A DNA stretch of 60,014 nucleotides, counting the filler, from Jimgerdemannia flammicorona (taxonomy: Eukaryota), in assembly GCA_003990765.1 (NCBI GenBank). It is 3 parts of 3 records of this genome, joined end to end, with 100 filler letters (N's around TTAATTAATTAA, not from the genome) between each part and the next. Parts side by side here need not be neighbours in the genome. Positions count along the whole stretch, not along the records: positions 1 to 19,939 come from RBNJ01001798.1; positions 20,040 to 39,977 come from RBNJ01001799.1; 1 more part is not named here. The stretch is one strand, 5' to 3'. A program made the translations under genes and the position numbers. The notes beneath the pieces are model-generated. The model searched no databases and was not told where the DNA came from. It saw nothing but the letters and a program-made list of their open reading frames with translations. Of the stretch, positions 12,101 to 24,070 are shown one piece after another (position 1 is the first letter of the stretch; each line of letters opens with the position of its first letter).

Positions 12101-14765
12101 TGTCTGGTGGGCTTCTCAGTATTTGAAATGGTTATTGGTAATATGGGTGGAGCTTTTGAAGGAGGAAGGGGGGTTGGACTGGAGGATTCAGTGGGTGAAA
12201 CTAGAAGTTGTCAAGCTTCAGAACTTACTGAGAAGAGAAGAGGATGTACAGATACAGATATTGATAGCTAGGCTGAGATGGTAGAGATTGGAGGAAGGAG
12301 AGTAATCTACCGAGTTTCTGTTGAGGCTCCTATGAGCTAGGGGTGTATAGTATAGATAGAAAGCAGTATTGGATGAGGATGGTGAGATAATAATAGGGGT
12401 GTAGGGAATACTGAAATAGTTGAGTAGCTGATGTGGCAGACTTTGAAGTGAGGAGGAGAGAGGAGAGGAGGTACTAGACATTGAGCAATATCTGAAAGAG
12501 TAGTACCCAGTTCTGACTATGAGTCTGGGGGTACTTGGAGCACCAGTACAGTGAGAGGAAATTCTTTGGGTCTTAGCTTCAACAAGCCTGAGCACTGCTC
12601 CTAGGGAAGATAGACTACTGTGGGATTTTTGGAAGAAGATGGCAGCAGTCAAGAAGATACTGAGAGAGATGTTATAGATATATAATGAGGTCATTGGTTC
12701 TGGGGCATGGATTGGGGGACAGCAGTTGGAGCTAGTGACTTTATTATACAAAGATAAGGGGAGGAGAGAGGATTGAAAAAACTGGAGGCTGATTATGCTT
12801 CTGGACATAGACTATAAGATGGTAATAAAGGTTCTGGTGTTCAGATTGCAGAGGCTGGCTCAACAGGTGTTAGGAAAGGAGTAGAGAGGCTTTGTGGGAG
12901 GTTGTCTCATTAGAGATAGCACTTAGATCTATGGAGTTATTGAAGAGGTGAGGACTGCAGGAGTGAATGGCCAACTGATGTTCTTAGATCAGGAGAAAGC
13001 TTATGACAGAGTTAGAGAGTATGGCTTGGCATGATACTATAGTATATTGGAGTTCCCCAGAGTATTTGATAATCTATAGTTAGTCTACTAGAGGGGAGCC
13101 AGATGGTAATTTTAATAAATAGCTACAGAAGAGTCTTTTTTTCTCTTGGAAGAGAGGTACCACAGGGTGATTCACTCTCTTTCAATCTTTATGCCTTTAC
13201 TTTGGAACTATTGCTAAATAGGATCAGGCACAGAGTAGGAGGATTGGATATTCTTGGGGTGAACCATAAGGTCAGGGCCTTTGTAGATAATATGGTGGTT
13301 GGATTGGGATCAGTGGAGAATGTGGCAGTACTAAAGGAGACAGTGGAATAGTATGAGAGGTGCTCTGGGGTTTAGCTCAACTGGTACAAGTATGAGACAA
13401 TGGTACTTAGTGAGGGAGTAGTTGGAAGAGATGTTATTGGAACAATTGTCCCTACTGGAGAGGTGGTCTGATATCTAGAGATCTACTTCTCAGTATATAG
13501 CTCCTTGCTACCTAAGGAGTAGTGGGAATGAAAGCTGGTCAAATAGGGTCAGGTGTTAGTGAGCTGGAGTAATAGATATCTATTGCTGGCTGGAAGAGTG
13601 ATGGTGCTGAATATATACTAGATGCTGAAGCTGTAGTACCTAGGTTACCACCTTGATTTTTTAAATAGATGGTTAAGAGGCTTCTGAAGATGGCCTGCTC
13701 ATGGCTCTGGGGTAAGAGGTGCAGTCAGATCAGATGAGAGGTGCTGGCAATTCCAGTGGAGCATAGAGGGCTTGGCCTGATAGACTTTACTAAGTATCTA
13801 CACTGCTTGAGAGTATAGTGATTGGGGAGAGCTGGAGAGCTGAGGGGAGGAGAGTGGGTATCTCTTTGCAATATCTTTGGGAGATGTGGGTGTTACTCAG
13901 AGGAGGTTCTGGCAACTTGCTTTCTTTAGTAGTACTGGAGGGGAGTCAAAAGATGTACTACAAAGACTTCTAGTGGGATGTAATTAATAGAGCCCACCAC
14001 ATTGGTATCTGGTAGAGAGGTGAGAAGAGAGAAGAGAAATAGAGGTCTAAGATATTGAGGTTGAACCATCTTCTGTTGGAAGGTAGTCTATATGGTGCCC
14101 ACCTAAGTTCTGGGTAGTATGGTGGAGATTGTTGAGGTGGAATATGATGCTGAACTTATAGTCAGAGCATCTGGTAGAGGGTAGTTTCTTTGTTTGTAAG
14201 GAATGTTATAATGTAGAGCAGGAGAGTGGGGTGGTACAGACTCTAGAACATTGGCTGAGAGAGTGTGAGAGCTTGGAGATTTTTTAGAGGAGAATTGAGA
14301 GGTATTTGGGGGTTATTGCCCCTGTGCAAGTGGGGGTGGGTGGTAGGCTGTTCTGCAATTACATTTTGGTAGGTAGTGTAGATAATGAGTAATTGACAGT
14401 TAGATGAGTAATAGCTGTGTAAGTTTGACTCATAGAATACTAGAGGAGTATCTTTAAGGAGGGCTCCAGGTCAGCAGTTGGAATGTAGAAGATAAGATGG
14501 GAGTGGTTGATGTTAGAGCTTCTGAATAGATAGTGAGTAGAGTGGGGGACCAAGGGTAAGAGCTAGAAAGGACTGATGAGAAGGATTATAGTAAAGAGTG
14601 GAGGGAGGATTGGGGTATCCAAATGGAGAGTCTCTTTAATAAAGAATAGAGGAAGACAAGTCCCTTGTGGGATAAGATAGGGGGAGATACTATGTAATAA
14701 TATATTATAGATATAAGTAGTAATAAAGATAGAGTCCAAGTATGACTATAATAAAAAAAAAAAAA
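9184..14765 (+). mobile_element. Full-length, heavily mutated L1/Tx1-like LINE
   Basis: 5'UTR, ORF1, ORF2 (APE, RT with FVDN for FADD, C-terminal Cys/His motif) and poly(A) collinear with the 25155-30949 copy; candidate TSD aactattaatag (9172-9183) / aactattgatag (14766-14777). Confidence 0.92.
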
Positions 14766-15010
14766 AACTATTGATAGAGGCTGATAGAGAACTATCAATA
14801 GAGACTCACTGATACAATTAATTCTCATTAATGGAGACTTATTACTACTAAATTCTCATTGATGGAGATAAACTATCAATAGAGACTCACTGATAGAGAA
14901 TTATTAATAGAGGCTTACTGAAACCATCAATTCTCATTAATAGATATTTGTGATTACTGAATTCTCATAGAGGCTTGTCAATAGAAGATTAGTAATAGAA
15001 GTCTATTGTA
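14766..15010. repeat. Right part of the same ~29-bp degenerate tandem repeat
   Basis: ctattgatagag, aactatcaatagagactcactgata units; scattered copies also near 15270-15440. Confidence 0.7.
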
Positions 15011-16559
15011 GCTAAATTTTTAAGTTCTGATTTATTATACAATATATATATATATATATACTTAATATTGATACAGCAGCATTGCTTATACAGTTCTATA
15101 GGCTAATATATATTATAAGATTATATTTTTATATATCTTATTTAAAGTATAAATAGGTGGAATTATAAAAAAAGGAGAGAGTATATATAGCTAATATTGA
15201 TATATTTTAACATATATTTATAATTTTTAAGTCTAATAGACTGAACTGAACCAAATCCTTTATTGGCAAATCTCTATTGATAATGTCTCTATTAAAAATA
15301 TCTCAATGGATGAGAATTTAGTAGTATATATAGCTGATATATTCTCATTATTATTACTGAATCTTCATTAATAGAGACTTGTCACTATCTAATTTCTATC
15401 AATGAGAGACTTATAATGAACAAAGCTCATAGAGTCTACTAATAATTTTTTTATTTTTTAAAAAATGCTCTATAAAATTAAAGTTAGAAGTAATTTAGAT
15501 TAATATATATTTTTAAAAAAAAAAATTATACCACTATTATTAAGAAATAGAAGTTAAAAAAACAATTAAAAATATATATATATTTCAAATAGATATTACT
15601 TATTATAAATAAAATAAAATTAAAAAAACACTCTATAGAGTTGAAGTCAGAATATGACTTTTTGATATATACTAATAAAAATACATACTGTATTACTATT
15701 ATAGAGAAATAAAATCTAAAAAAGAGTTAAAATAGTCAAGTATAAGTGTGGAAATTAGATTAAAAATGAAACAAACTTAGTTATATGATATATTCTAAGC
15801 TATAAATTCAGTAAATTTGAGTAATATTTTTATAAAAAAAATTAATTATTATAAATATAAAAGAGAATAATATAAAAAACCTCTCTATAGAAGTAAACTT
15901 AAGAATGTTTTTTATTAAGTTATAATTTTTTTATTATTTTTATTATATTAATAATCTAGAAATAGAGTTTTTAAAAGAAAAAAAATTACTATAGGTGTGG
16001 AATACTATACTATGATCAAATATCTATTCTCTGATTATTATTTCTAATTTGGATCAACTCTTATAACTTTCTCCTAATAAGTGATTTTATCTCTAAATCA
16101 TCTTATTCAAACTCTCATACTTTGACCGATTATATATTCTTATATTATATAATTTACTCAATTATATTCTTCTCTTACTTACTAAAAATCTCCTAAGACT
16201 AATTTTTAGAAATAGATCAGAGCTTGCTCATTATTTTTAAATAGTTTGTAGACTTATTTAGTAATAGTAATCTGAGTATAGTTGAGTATAGAATATCTAG
16301 CTCTCTGCAATCTATTCTTCTTTATTCATATTCTTTCTATTTAGTAATTTTTTTAATTTGAAATACTCTTGAAACTCCAGCAATGTTGATAGGCTCCAAA
16401 GTGTTAAATTTATAATAAGTGAGCCTATATAATACTTTGAATACTATCAAAGAATTTCTCTATAGTTAGTAGCTTAGTGGAATATCATTATCTTTTTATA
16501 ATATACTGGATAGTACTTATGATCTTAAGGATAATAGCAATGCTTTTTGGTTAGCCATA

Positions 16560-17170
16560 GTACTTCTTGAGTCAGGTTTAGTAGATATTGATAGTGATAA
16601 TTATATCTGATGATTTTTATAGCTAAAAGATAATTCCTTTTATAGTAAGGTCCTTTCTACTTAGGCTTTAGTTTTTATAACAATAAAGCTTCTACCATAT
16701 TTTGATATTTTAGAACTTTGTCTCTTATCTTAATAATCTCTATAGACTTGTAGATCTTTTCTATATTATTCTGTTATAATATCTATATTATAATTATATA
16801 TTTAATCTTCATTTTTCCTTATTTGGAACAATCTCCATATCTTAGTATTTATATATTTTTATACTATATCTCTATTGAATAATAGAGTTTCTTTAGAACC
16901 TTCTTCTCTAAACAGCAATTATCAAGAGATGAAATAGATACTTTGTAATTATATATTTTAAAGAGTAGATAATACTATTAACAGATAGTGATCTCAATTT
17001 TTGTAGTTATCACAAATCTTAGTAATAATATTCTAAAGTATCTTATTAGTTATTTAAGTCTGTTCATTTCTCTATAGATAATAAGCTATGGTTTGAATGT
17101 GCTAAATCTTGTACTTCTTATATAGAATCTTAAAGAGTGACTTTAAGAATTCTGTTTCTCTATCTGTTGT
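16560..17170 (-). pseudogene. Ty3/Gypsy-type integrase relic, copy 1 (very AT-rich)
   Basis: Aligns by eye to copy 2 at an offset of ~685 bp; includes KPK*KGP (GPY/F motif) near 16650-16670. Confidence 0.6.
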
Positions 17171-17269
17171 TACTTGCTTTAGAGTCTTGAATTAACAGAT
17201 AATTTCTGCAGCATTACTTCATTAGTTGGTCATGATATTTCTTGAGTTGGTTTCAGTAAATAGTAGTAG

Positions 17270-17860
17270 AGATGATTGTGTCTGAGAGTTTTCATAACCA
17301 AAAGGTGGTTTCTTTTATATTTTGTATAAGGTAAGATCCTTCTCACTTAGACTTCAGTTTTGTGATCATGAAGCTTCTATTATGTTCTGATATATCAGAA
17401 CTTTGTCTCCTGTCTTGATAATCTTCAATAGCTTGTGAATCTTTTTTACATTATTTCATTGTAGAGCCTATATCTTGATTTTATAATCCTTAGCCTTTTT
17501 CTGATTTGGTTAGTCTCTATATCTCTATATCTATGTATTTCTATACCATATCTCTGTTGGATGATAGAGATTCTTGAGAACTTTCTTCTCTAAACAGTAT
17601 TTCTCAAGAAGTAAAATGGACTTTGTGATCAGATATTCTGAAGAGCAGAAAATGCTATTGGCAAATAGTGATCTCAGTTTTCATAGTTATTGCAGATCTT
17701 GGCAATGACATTCTTGAGGGTCTTATTGGTTCTTTCTATTTGTCTATTTCTCTGAGAGTGGTAGGCTGTAGTCTGGATGTGCTGGATCTTGTACTTTTTA
17801 TAGAGAACCTCAAAAAACTAGTTCATGAATTCTTTTTCTCTGTCTGTGATTACCACCAGA
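17270..17860 (-). pseudogene. Ty3/Gypsy-type integrase relic, copy 2
   Basis: Minus translation TDREKEFMN*FFEVLYKKYKIQHIQTTAYHSQRNRQIERTNKTLKNVIAK matches the rve core (D..AYHPQ.NG..ER.N.TLK); KSK*EGSY GPY/F-like motif near 17340. Confidence 0.75.
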
Positions 17861-18170
17861 GTATGGAAGAATACTTACTATTCATCATAACACACCTCAG
17901 TATGGCCAAGTGCTAACAATAACTTCGAAAGACTTATCACGTTATCTATCAGGGTTGAGTTATTTTTATCCTCGGAGTATTGACGCATTTGCTTTCAAAG
18001 ATTGAGAGGTCATCCGCCGAATGCGCCCCATGCGCCCCACGATGGGAAATCCGAATGAGCATATGCGGTCACGTTACATGGTCGAAATTGAACCTCCGAA
18101 AACGCGCAGTACTCACTCAACATAAAAAGCTCGCTAGAGCCAATTATTGTGAACAATTACCGATTCCTCA

Positions 18171-18374
18171 ATGGCTCCGAAAAAAAGCCAACCTGAAAAA
18201 TTGGTCTGCAACAACTGCAACAAGAGCAGGAAATTCTGTGACAAAAAAGATCCTTGTTCAAGGTGTCAGGGCTTAGGAAAAGATTGTTCGTATATCCGCT
18301 CCAACATAACACCCGCCAGTGGCAATGTCGCGAAAAGGCTAAAACGGACTAACTCGCCATCGACGATTGAGTAG
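18171..18374 (+). pseudogene. Zn(II)2Cys6 binuclear-cluster DNA-binding domain (short ORF, probably first exon of a disrupted gene)
   Basis: CNNCNKSRKFCDKKDPCSRCQGLGKDCSY fits C-x2-C-x6-C-x5-C-x2-C-x6-C; lies in a CpG-rich island; the obvious downstream splice (ga|gtaggt...ctag|) leads to a stop. Confidence 0.75.
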
Positions 18375-18740
18375 GTTATTACAATGTTTATGAGTACAAT
18401 CTCATCCGATCTATTAACCGCTGCTAATAATATCTCACAAAACCTAGCCATGCCTTCTGACAATAATGACGCAAACGTCGACGTTGGAACCGCGTCTACC
18501 AGCGCGATTGGCGGCCAGATGACTACCCACCATCAAGGAGACAACACCCAGGACTTAGTGCAAAACGTGAACAACAATATCGATAGTTGGAGGTTCGGCG
18601 ATTCTTGGATCCGTTAACGGAACAGTATATACTGGTAAGATATTATGGCATGTGTGAAAATTTATATTTACAAACTAATCTTTTTTTAAAAAATAGCAAT
18701 TTCTTTCGGTTTTTCTTGGGTTTTTTTCATAATTTTTTTG

Positions 18741-19325
18741 AAGTACGACAAAGCAGAGCCACTTTATGTACGGGCGCTGGCAATCAATGAGAAGGTGTTG
18801 GGACCAGAGCCCCCGGACATGGTAACAACTCTAAATAACCTGGCTGTACTTTACTTTAGCCAGGGCAAGTACGACAAGGCGGAGCCGCTGTTCGAACGGG
18901 CAGGCAATCTATGAGAAAGTGTTGGGACCAGAGCACCCGGACACGGCAACAACTCTGAACGACCTGGCTGGACTCTACCAAAGCTAGGGCAAGTACGACA
19001 AGGCGGAGCCGCTGTACGAACGGGCGCTGGCGATCTGTGAGAAGTTGTGGGGATCAGAGCACCCAGCCACCGCAATATGTCTGAAGAGCAGGGCAAATAC
19101 GACAAGGCGGAGCCGTTGTACGAACGGGTCCTAGCGATCCGTGAGAAGGTGTTGGGAGCAGAGCATCCAAATACGGCTTTTCTCTACATAGGACAAGGCG
19201 AATATGACCAGGCAACGTCATTGTTAGAACGCGCGCTGGCAATCTTTGAAAAGGTGTTGGGATCCGAGCACCAAAACATGACCAAATCTCTGCAAGCACT
19301 AGCTATATGTCTCCGCACTGTTTAA
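18741..19325 (+). pseudogene. TPR array of the 42-aa kinesin-light-chain/fungal NLR type, 5 units, frameshifted
   Basis: Units start at 18741, 18867, 18991, 19095 and 19200 (spacings 126, 124, 104, 105 bp); consensus GKYDKAEPLYERALAI.EKVLGPEHPDTATTLNNLA.LY. Confidence 0.9.
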
Positions 19326-19939
19326 TGGAGTTACTAGATATCTTCATTCATATGTATTTCTATACATATTTTCTGGCTTATGGATTGCAAGTTGCTCCTT
19401 CCCTTCTCTCGTAGTGTCGGACATTCTTTCTAGTATATACCAATATATCTACCAAATTTGTGTGATGGTATTGCTGTAATGCCTCCACATCATTGTGTTA
19501 TCTTTATTTTTATTTATTTATATGAAATAAATTATGTGACTATTGGAATTAGTAATCTTTACTGCATATGTTTACGTCTCAAAATTCCAATAGGATAAAT
19601 TCGGGTTGGATATACCATCGCACCCTTCAACCCGGTCAGCACATGTAGAAAGAGATTGTTACCCTCTGGTAACTCGCACCAACGGCCCAACTCCACCCAG
19701 CCTCGCCCAGTGGTATTGAAAATCGTTTGTGCGTGGTACCGATGCGGTGTGAATTTTCACGGATAAGTTGATGACTCCGCAACTGGGCTCAATCTCGGAA
19801 GCCGCCATCAGCATTCTCTGTCGCGATGGCGGAAGTGAAAGACGGAATGGGCTGGATCGACGAACTGACAAAACGCGCGATGGTTCGACAATATTCTGAC
19901 CTTAAAACATATCTGGCATATGACGCCTGTCCAAAAAAA

Positions 19940-20039
19940 NNNNNNNNNNNNNNNNNNNNNNNNNNNNNNNNNNNNNNNNNNNNTTAATTAATTAANNNNN
20001 NNNNNNNNNNNNNNNNNNNNNNNNNNNNNNNNNNNNNNN
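19940..20039. other. Artificial assembly spacer (N run with TTAATTAATTAA)
   Basis: 100-nt block of Ns containing a six-frame stop linker. Confidence 0.97.
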
Positions 20040-22569
20040 CCCAAAGATTTTGGAACTGTTGAGGACTCATTGGGGAAATTTATAGAGTGAAGAAAAAGGA
20101 GGTAAGGATGCCCTGAACATTAAACAGTAGCTGGAGGACTGGTACCCAGATCCAGTATTGGGCCTGGAGATGCTGGAACATCTGATGTAGGGAGAGGAAG
20201 TATACAAGGTCTTGGCTGCAACAAGCAAGGGGACAGCTCCAGGAGAGGATGGGCTCCCCTGGGATTTTTTGGAAGAAAATGGTTAGGGTGGAGGTAGTAT
20301 TAGAGGAGATGACAGTAATGTATGGTGAGGTCCTTTGGTCTGGAACTTAGATTGGGGACCAGCACCTAGGGCTGGTCTCCCTGCTCTATAAGAATAAGAG
20401 AAGAAGAGAAGATTGAAAGAACTAGTGACCAATCATACTCCTTGATATAGACTGCAAGATAGTGACAAATATCTTGGTGACTAGATTGCAGAGTATAGCT
20501 CAGCAGGTATTAGGAGTGAAGCAGAGGGGATTTGTTAGAGATTGGTTGATCCAAGATAGAACTGCCTGGGTTTATAAGATGATTGAAGAGACTCAAGCAG
20601 CTGGAATTGATGATCAGTTAGTATTTCTGGATCAGGAGAAGGCCTATGATAGAGTGAGGAGAGTCTGGCTGGAAGGAGTACTGAAATATGTGGGAGTTCC
20701 CCAAGCATTCAGGAGGTCATTAATCAGTCTTTTGGAGAACAGTCAAGTAGCATTGGTGGTGAATAGGCATAGAGGGGTGGCTTTTCCACTGGGTTATGGG
20801 GTGCCGCAAGGGGATCCTTTGTCACCCATCCTATATGTCCTTTCCTTGAAACCCCTATTGGACAGGATTCAGTATTTAATTGGGGGTTTGGACATTTTGG
20901 AGATTAATTGGAAGGTTGGGGCTTTTGTAGATAATATGATAGTTGGACTAGATTTATTAATGGATGTAGAGGAATTAAGGAGGACTGTGGAATGGTATGA
21001 GAGGGGCTCTGGTGCTCGACTCAACTGGTACAAGTGTGAGATCCTAGTGCTAGATGGTAGAATTGTTGGTGGCAATGTGATTGGAACAGTGGTTCCAGCA
21101 GAAGAACTGGTCTGATACTTGAGAATATACTTCTTGGTATATGGGTCCCTTCTATCCTGTACATGGTGGAAACAGCAACTACTAGTATGGGAGAATACTC
21201 TTTTGAGGTGGGGTGGTTGGCATATATTCTTGGCAGGAAGGGTGACAGTGCTGAATATGTGTTGGCTACTAAAGCTGTGATATGTAGGGTATCATCTGGA
21301 CTTTTTAGCATGAGTGGTTGGGTGTCTTCTAAAGATGACAAGATCTTGGATTTGGGCTGAGCAGTGAAGTCAGATAGGCTGAGAGGTTCTGACCCTATCT
21401 GTTGACAGAGGCAGGCTGGGCTTAGTGGATTTTCCAAGTATCTATACTGTCTGAGAGCTTGGTGGCTAAAAAGGGGCAAGTGAGTTAAGAGGTTGAGAGT
21501 GGGTACCACTTATACAGAGGGTGTGAGAAGTCTGTTACTCTTCTTATAGAGTGACTGGTGATCTGCTTGTGATGGTAGCCATGGATGAGAGTAGGAGGAT
21601 ATGTTACAAAGGCTTTTGGTGGGAAGTAGTGGATAGTGTAAGAAGAATTGAACTTCAGTGGAGGGATAATGAGGGGGAGGAGGGCTGGGGACCAAGGATG
21701 TAGAGATAGGACTGGCTACTGCTGGGAGATATATTGGTGGAGGACTTTTAGCTTGGTGATGGAATGAAATATATGCAGAGACTCAGGGGTGATATGTGGT
21801 CTAAAGCATGGCAGAGGGTGGAGATTGGCAAGGAGTAGGATTGAAATGGTATTTGGCCTTGGAGTAAGCAGGTGATACACTGGCTTCCCCCCAAGTTCTG
21901 AGTAGTATGGTGGAGGTTCCTAAGGCAAAATGTGATACTGAACTACCAGTCAGGGCACTTGGTAGTAGATGGCATATTTGAGTGTGAGGAGTACATAGAT
22001 ATTAGCCAGGAGGGGGGAGTGGTGCAAATGCCTGAACATTGGCTAGGAGAGTGTGAAGTTTTGGAAGAGCTTTGACACAGTATTTCTAGCAGGCTGGGAT
22101 TGCAGCCCCTGGTGGAGGGGGAAGGAGGGAGATGGGAGGACCACCAGAGAAGGTTAGTGGGTGGGGTGGGAGATAAATGGTTGATCTTGGGTTGGGCCCT
22201 GGTAATTTGGATAGGATTAGCTAGTCATTGGCTTCATGTCTTTAAGGAGGGCCAGTAGGTTGTAATTGAAGTTAAAGTAGTACATTGAGAATGGTTAATA
22301 CTAGACATTTTGAATGGCTAGTAGAGAGGGTAGGACTCAGGTGGGGGGGGGCCATTGGAATCTGGTGAATTGTATTTGTAAAAAGAGTGGCAGGAGAGTT
22401 CAGATGGTTAGTGGCTGAGTTGTTCTTTAGTAGAGAGAGATAGTAAGTAGAGAGAGAGATCCAAGGGACATTGGCTAAGAGATTGTAGGTACATATATTG
22501 TATTATTTATAGATTGAGTAGTAATAAATGGAGGTCTAAGTAACTATAAAAAAAAAATAAAAAAAAAAA
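20040..22569 (+). mobile_element. LINE 3' part (RT, Cys/His motif, poly(A)) inserted into the 5' LTR of the Gypsy element; 5' part lost at contig edge
   Basis: ORF 20462-21115 has FLDQEKAYDRV, GVPQGDPLSPILY and FVDN; poly(A) 22546-22569 abuts LTR sequence equivalent to ~36720. Confidence 0.92.
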
Positions 22570-23176
22570 CTATTGCCATAGCAGCTGATAATTATCTAGT
22601 AATTGAGGTCCTGATCATAAAGTTGTTTTTGCCACAAACTACCTGATAAAGGTCATGATCACAAACCTTACTATAGTTACCAAATTAGTCACTCATACTT
22701 AGTCAGAAATCATAGACCAACTTATATAAATACCCTCCAGTCTCCATCTGAAATTAAGTAGTTTTAGTTCAGTTCTTGATATAAGAATCAAGTCCTCCCT
22801 CTACACACACATTCTCCTGAGTCTTAGTAATGACATCTAAGTGACTTTAGTGTTTCTGACTAAACTCCAGAAGCCTAGCTAACTTCTGCCAGAACTGAGA
22901 CTGGTATATAAATCCCCAAAGACTTAAGTAAATCTATTGAATCTGAATTCTAAGATAAATTCAGTCTATGTATAGCAAAGAATAAGACTCTTGAAAGATA
23001 GGACAAATCAGAAAGAACTTTGAAAGATAAGGCACTACCACTACAACTACTTTTAAGTGAGTACATTCTCAAACTGAAGGCTTCTTAGTACACATTGTGT
23101 ACTGAGTCTCTAAGTTATATCTTATTTTCCTAAGTATCCAAAGGATCAGAGAGGAGTATAAATAAAAGTTATTACA
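22570..23176 (+). repeat. 5' LTR (first ~180 bp displaced by LINE insertion)
   Basis: Direct repeat of ~36720-37357; ends gttattaca. Confidence 0.93.
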
Positions 23177-23179
23177 ACT

Positions 23180-23191
23180 TGGTAGCAGCAG
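23180..23191 (+). promoter_or_regulatory. Primer binding site, probably initiator tRNA-Met
   Basis: tggtagcagcag 3 nt after the LTR CA; TGGTAGCAG is complementary to the CUGCUACCA 3' end of eukaryotic tRNAiMet. Confidence 0.7.
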
Positions 23192-24070
23192 ATTACTAAG
23201 CCAAGAAGATACCAAGAATATACTTCTGAAGTTGGAACAAGACCAACTTTGGACAGAAGTAACCCCCAGAACCAACTGTGGATTTCCTAGGATCAAACCC
23301 CCAAACTAGAGCTAGAGAATAGGACCAAGTAGTACCAGGAAACCACAGACCCAGGGATCCACTAGCTTGTAATTAACCAGGCTTACAAGGATCTATACCA
23401 GGCCTTTAGGACTTACCACCCAGGACTGAGGAATATAGCCAGCCACCATAGGTTCTATGAACTTCTCTGTGACTACATTGGAACCACCAGGACTCCAGAA
23501 TCTACTGCTGCAACCACCTAGGATTTTTTAGATTATATCTCACCTCCTGCTATAAGAGAAATAGCTGTCAAGTGGATTACTTCTGACAGATACCATCACA
23601 CCCCTACCAAGACCTCACTCTACTATAGGCTAGTTGTATACTATACCTCTGCTATAACTAGATATGAGAACAAGCAAGTAGGCCACCCATCTCCTACTGC
23701 TGAACAAGAAGCAGGCCCATTTACCTAGCCAGAAACTGATATTCTCTTTGAAGGATCTAGTCAGTACAAGGATGCACTATCTCATCAGGAAAGGGAGTCA
23801 GATGAAGACTCTACAGGATATCAGTCTGATGATAGCCAATAAGAAATAGCAGGCCTAGGAATTTACCAAGGAACTACAGGTCAAGAAGATAGGACCCCAG
23901 AACCAATCCAGCCACCTATACAGAGGTTTGGTTTACCCCCTCTCACAGGACTCTTTGATCTGATATCCAGGAATTAAGTAACTCCAAGTCATACAGCACT
24001 ACAACCCCACTAGGTAGAACAATCTTCAGGAGAATCTACCTCTACAGGTCCACTACTAATAGTCAATATA

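Noticed and set aside
18741..19325. Regularly spaced repeats resembling a CRISPR array
   Set aside because: Whole 126-bp units are homologous and encode TPRs; there are no unique spacers or cas genes, and the context is eukaryotic.
19560..19939. CpG-rich contig end with a 70-aa minus ORF
   Set aside because: Too short and truncated to assign.
19984..19995. TTAATTAATTAA palindrome within the gaps
   Set aside because: Artificial six-frame stop linker.
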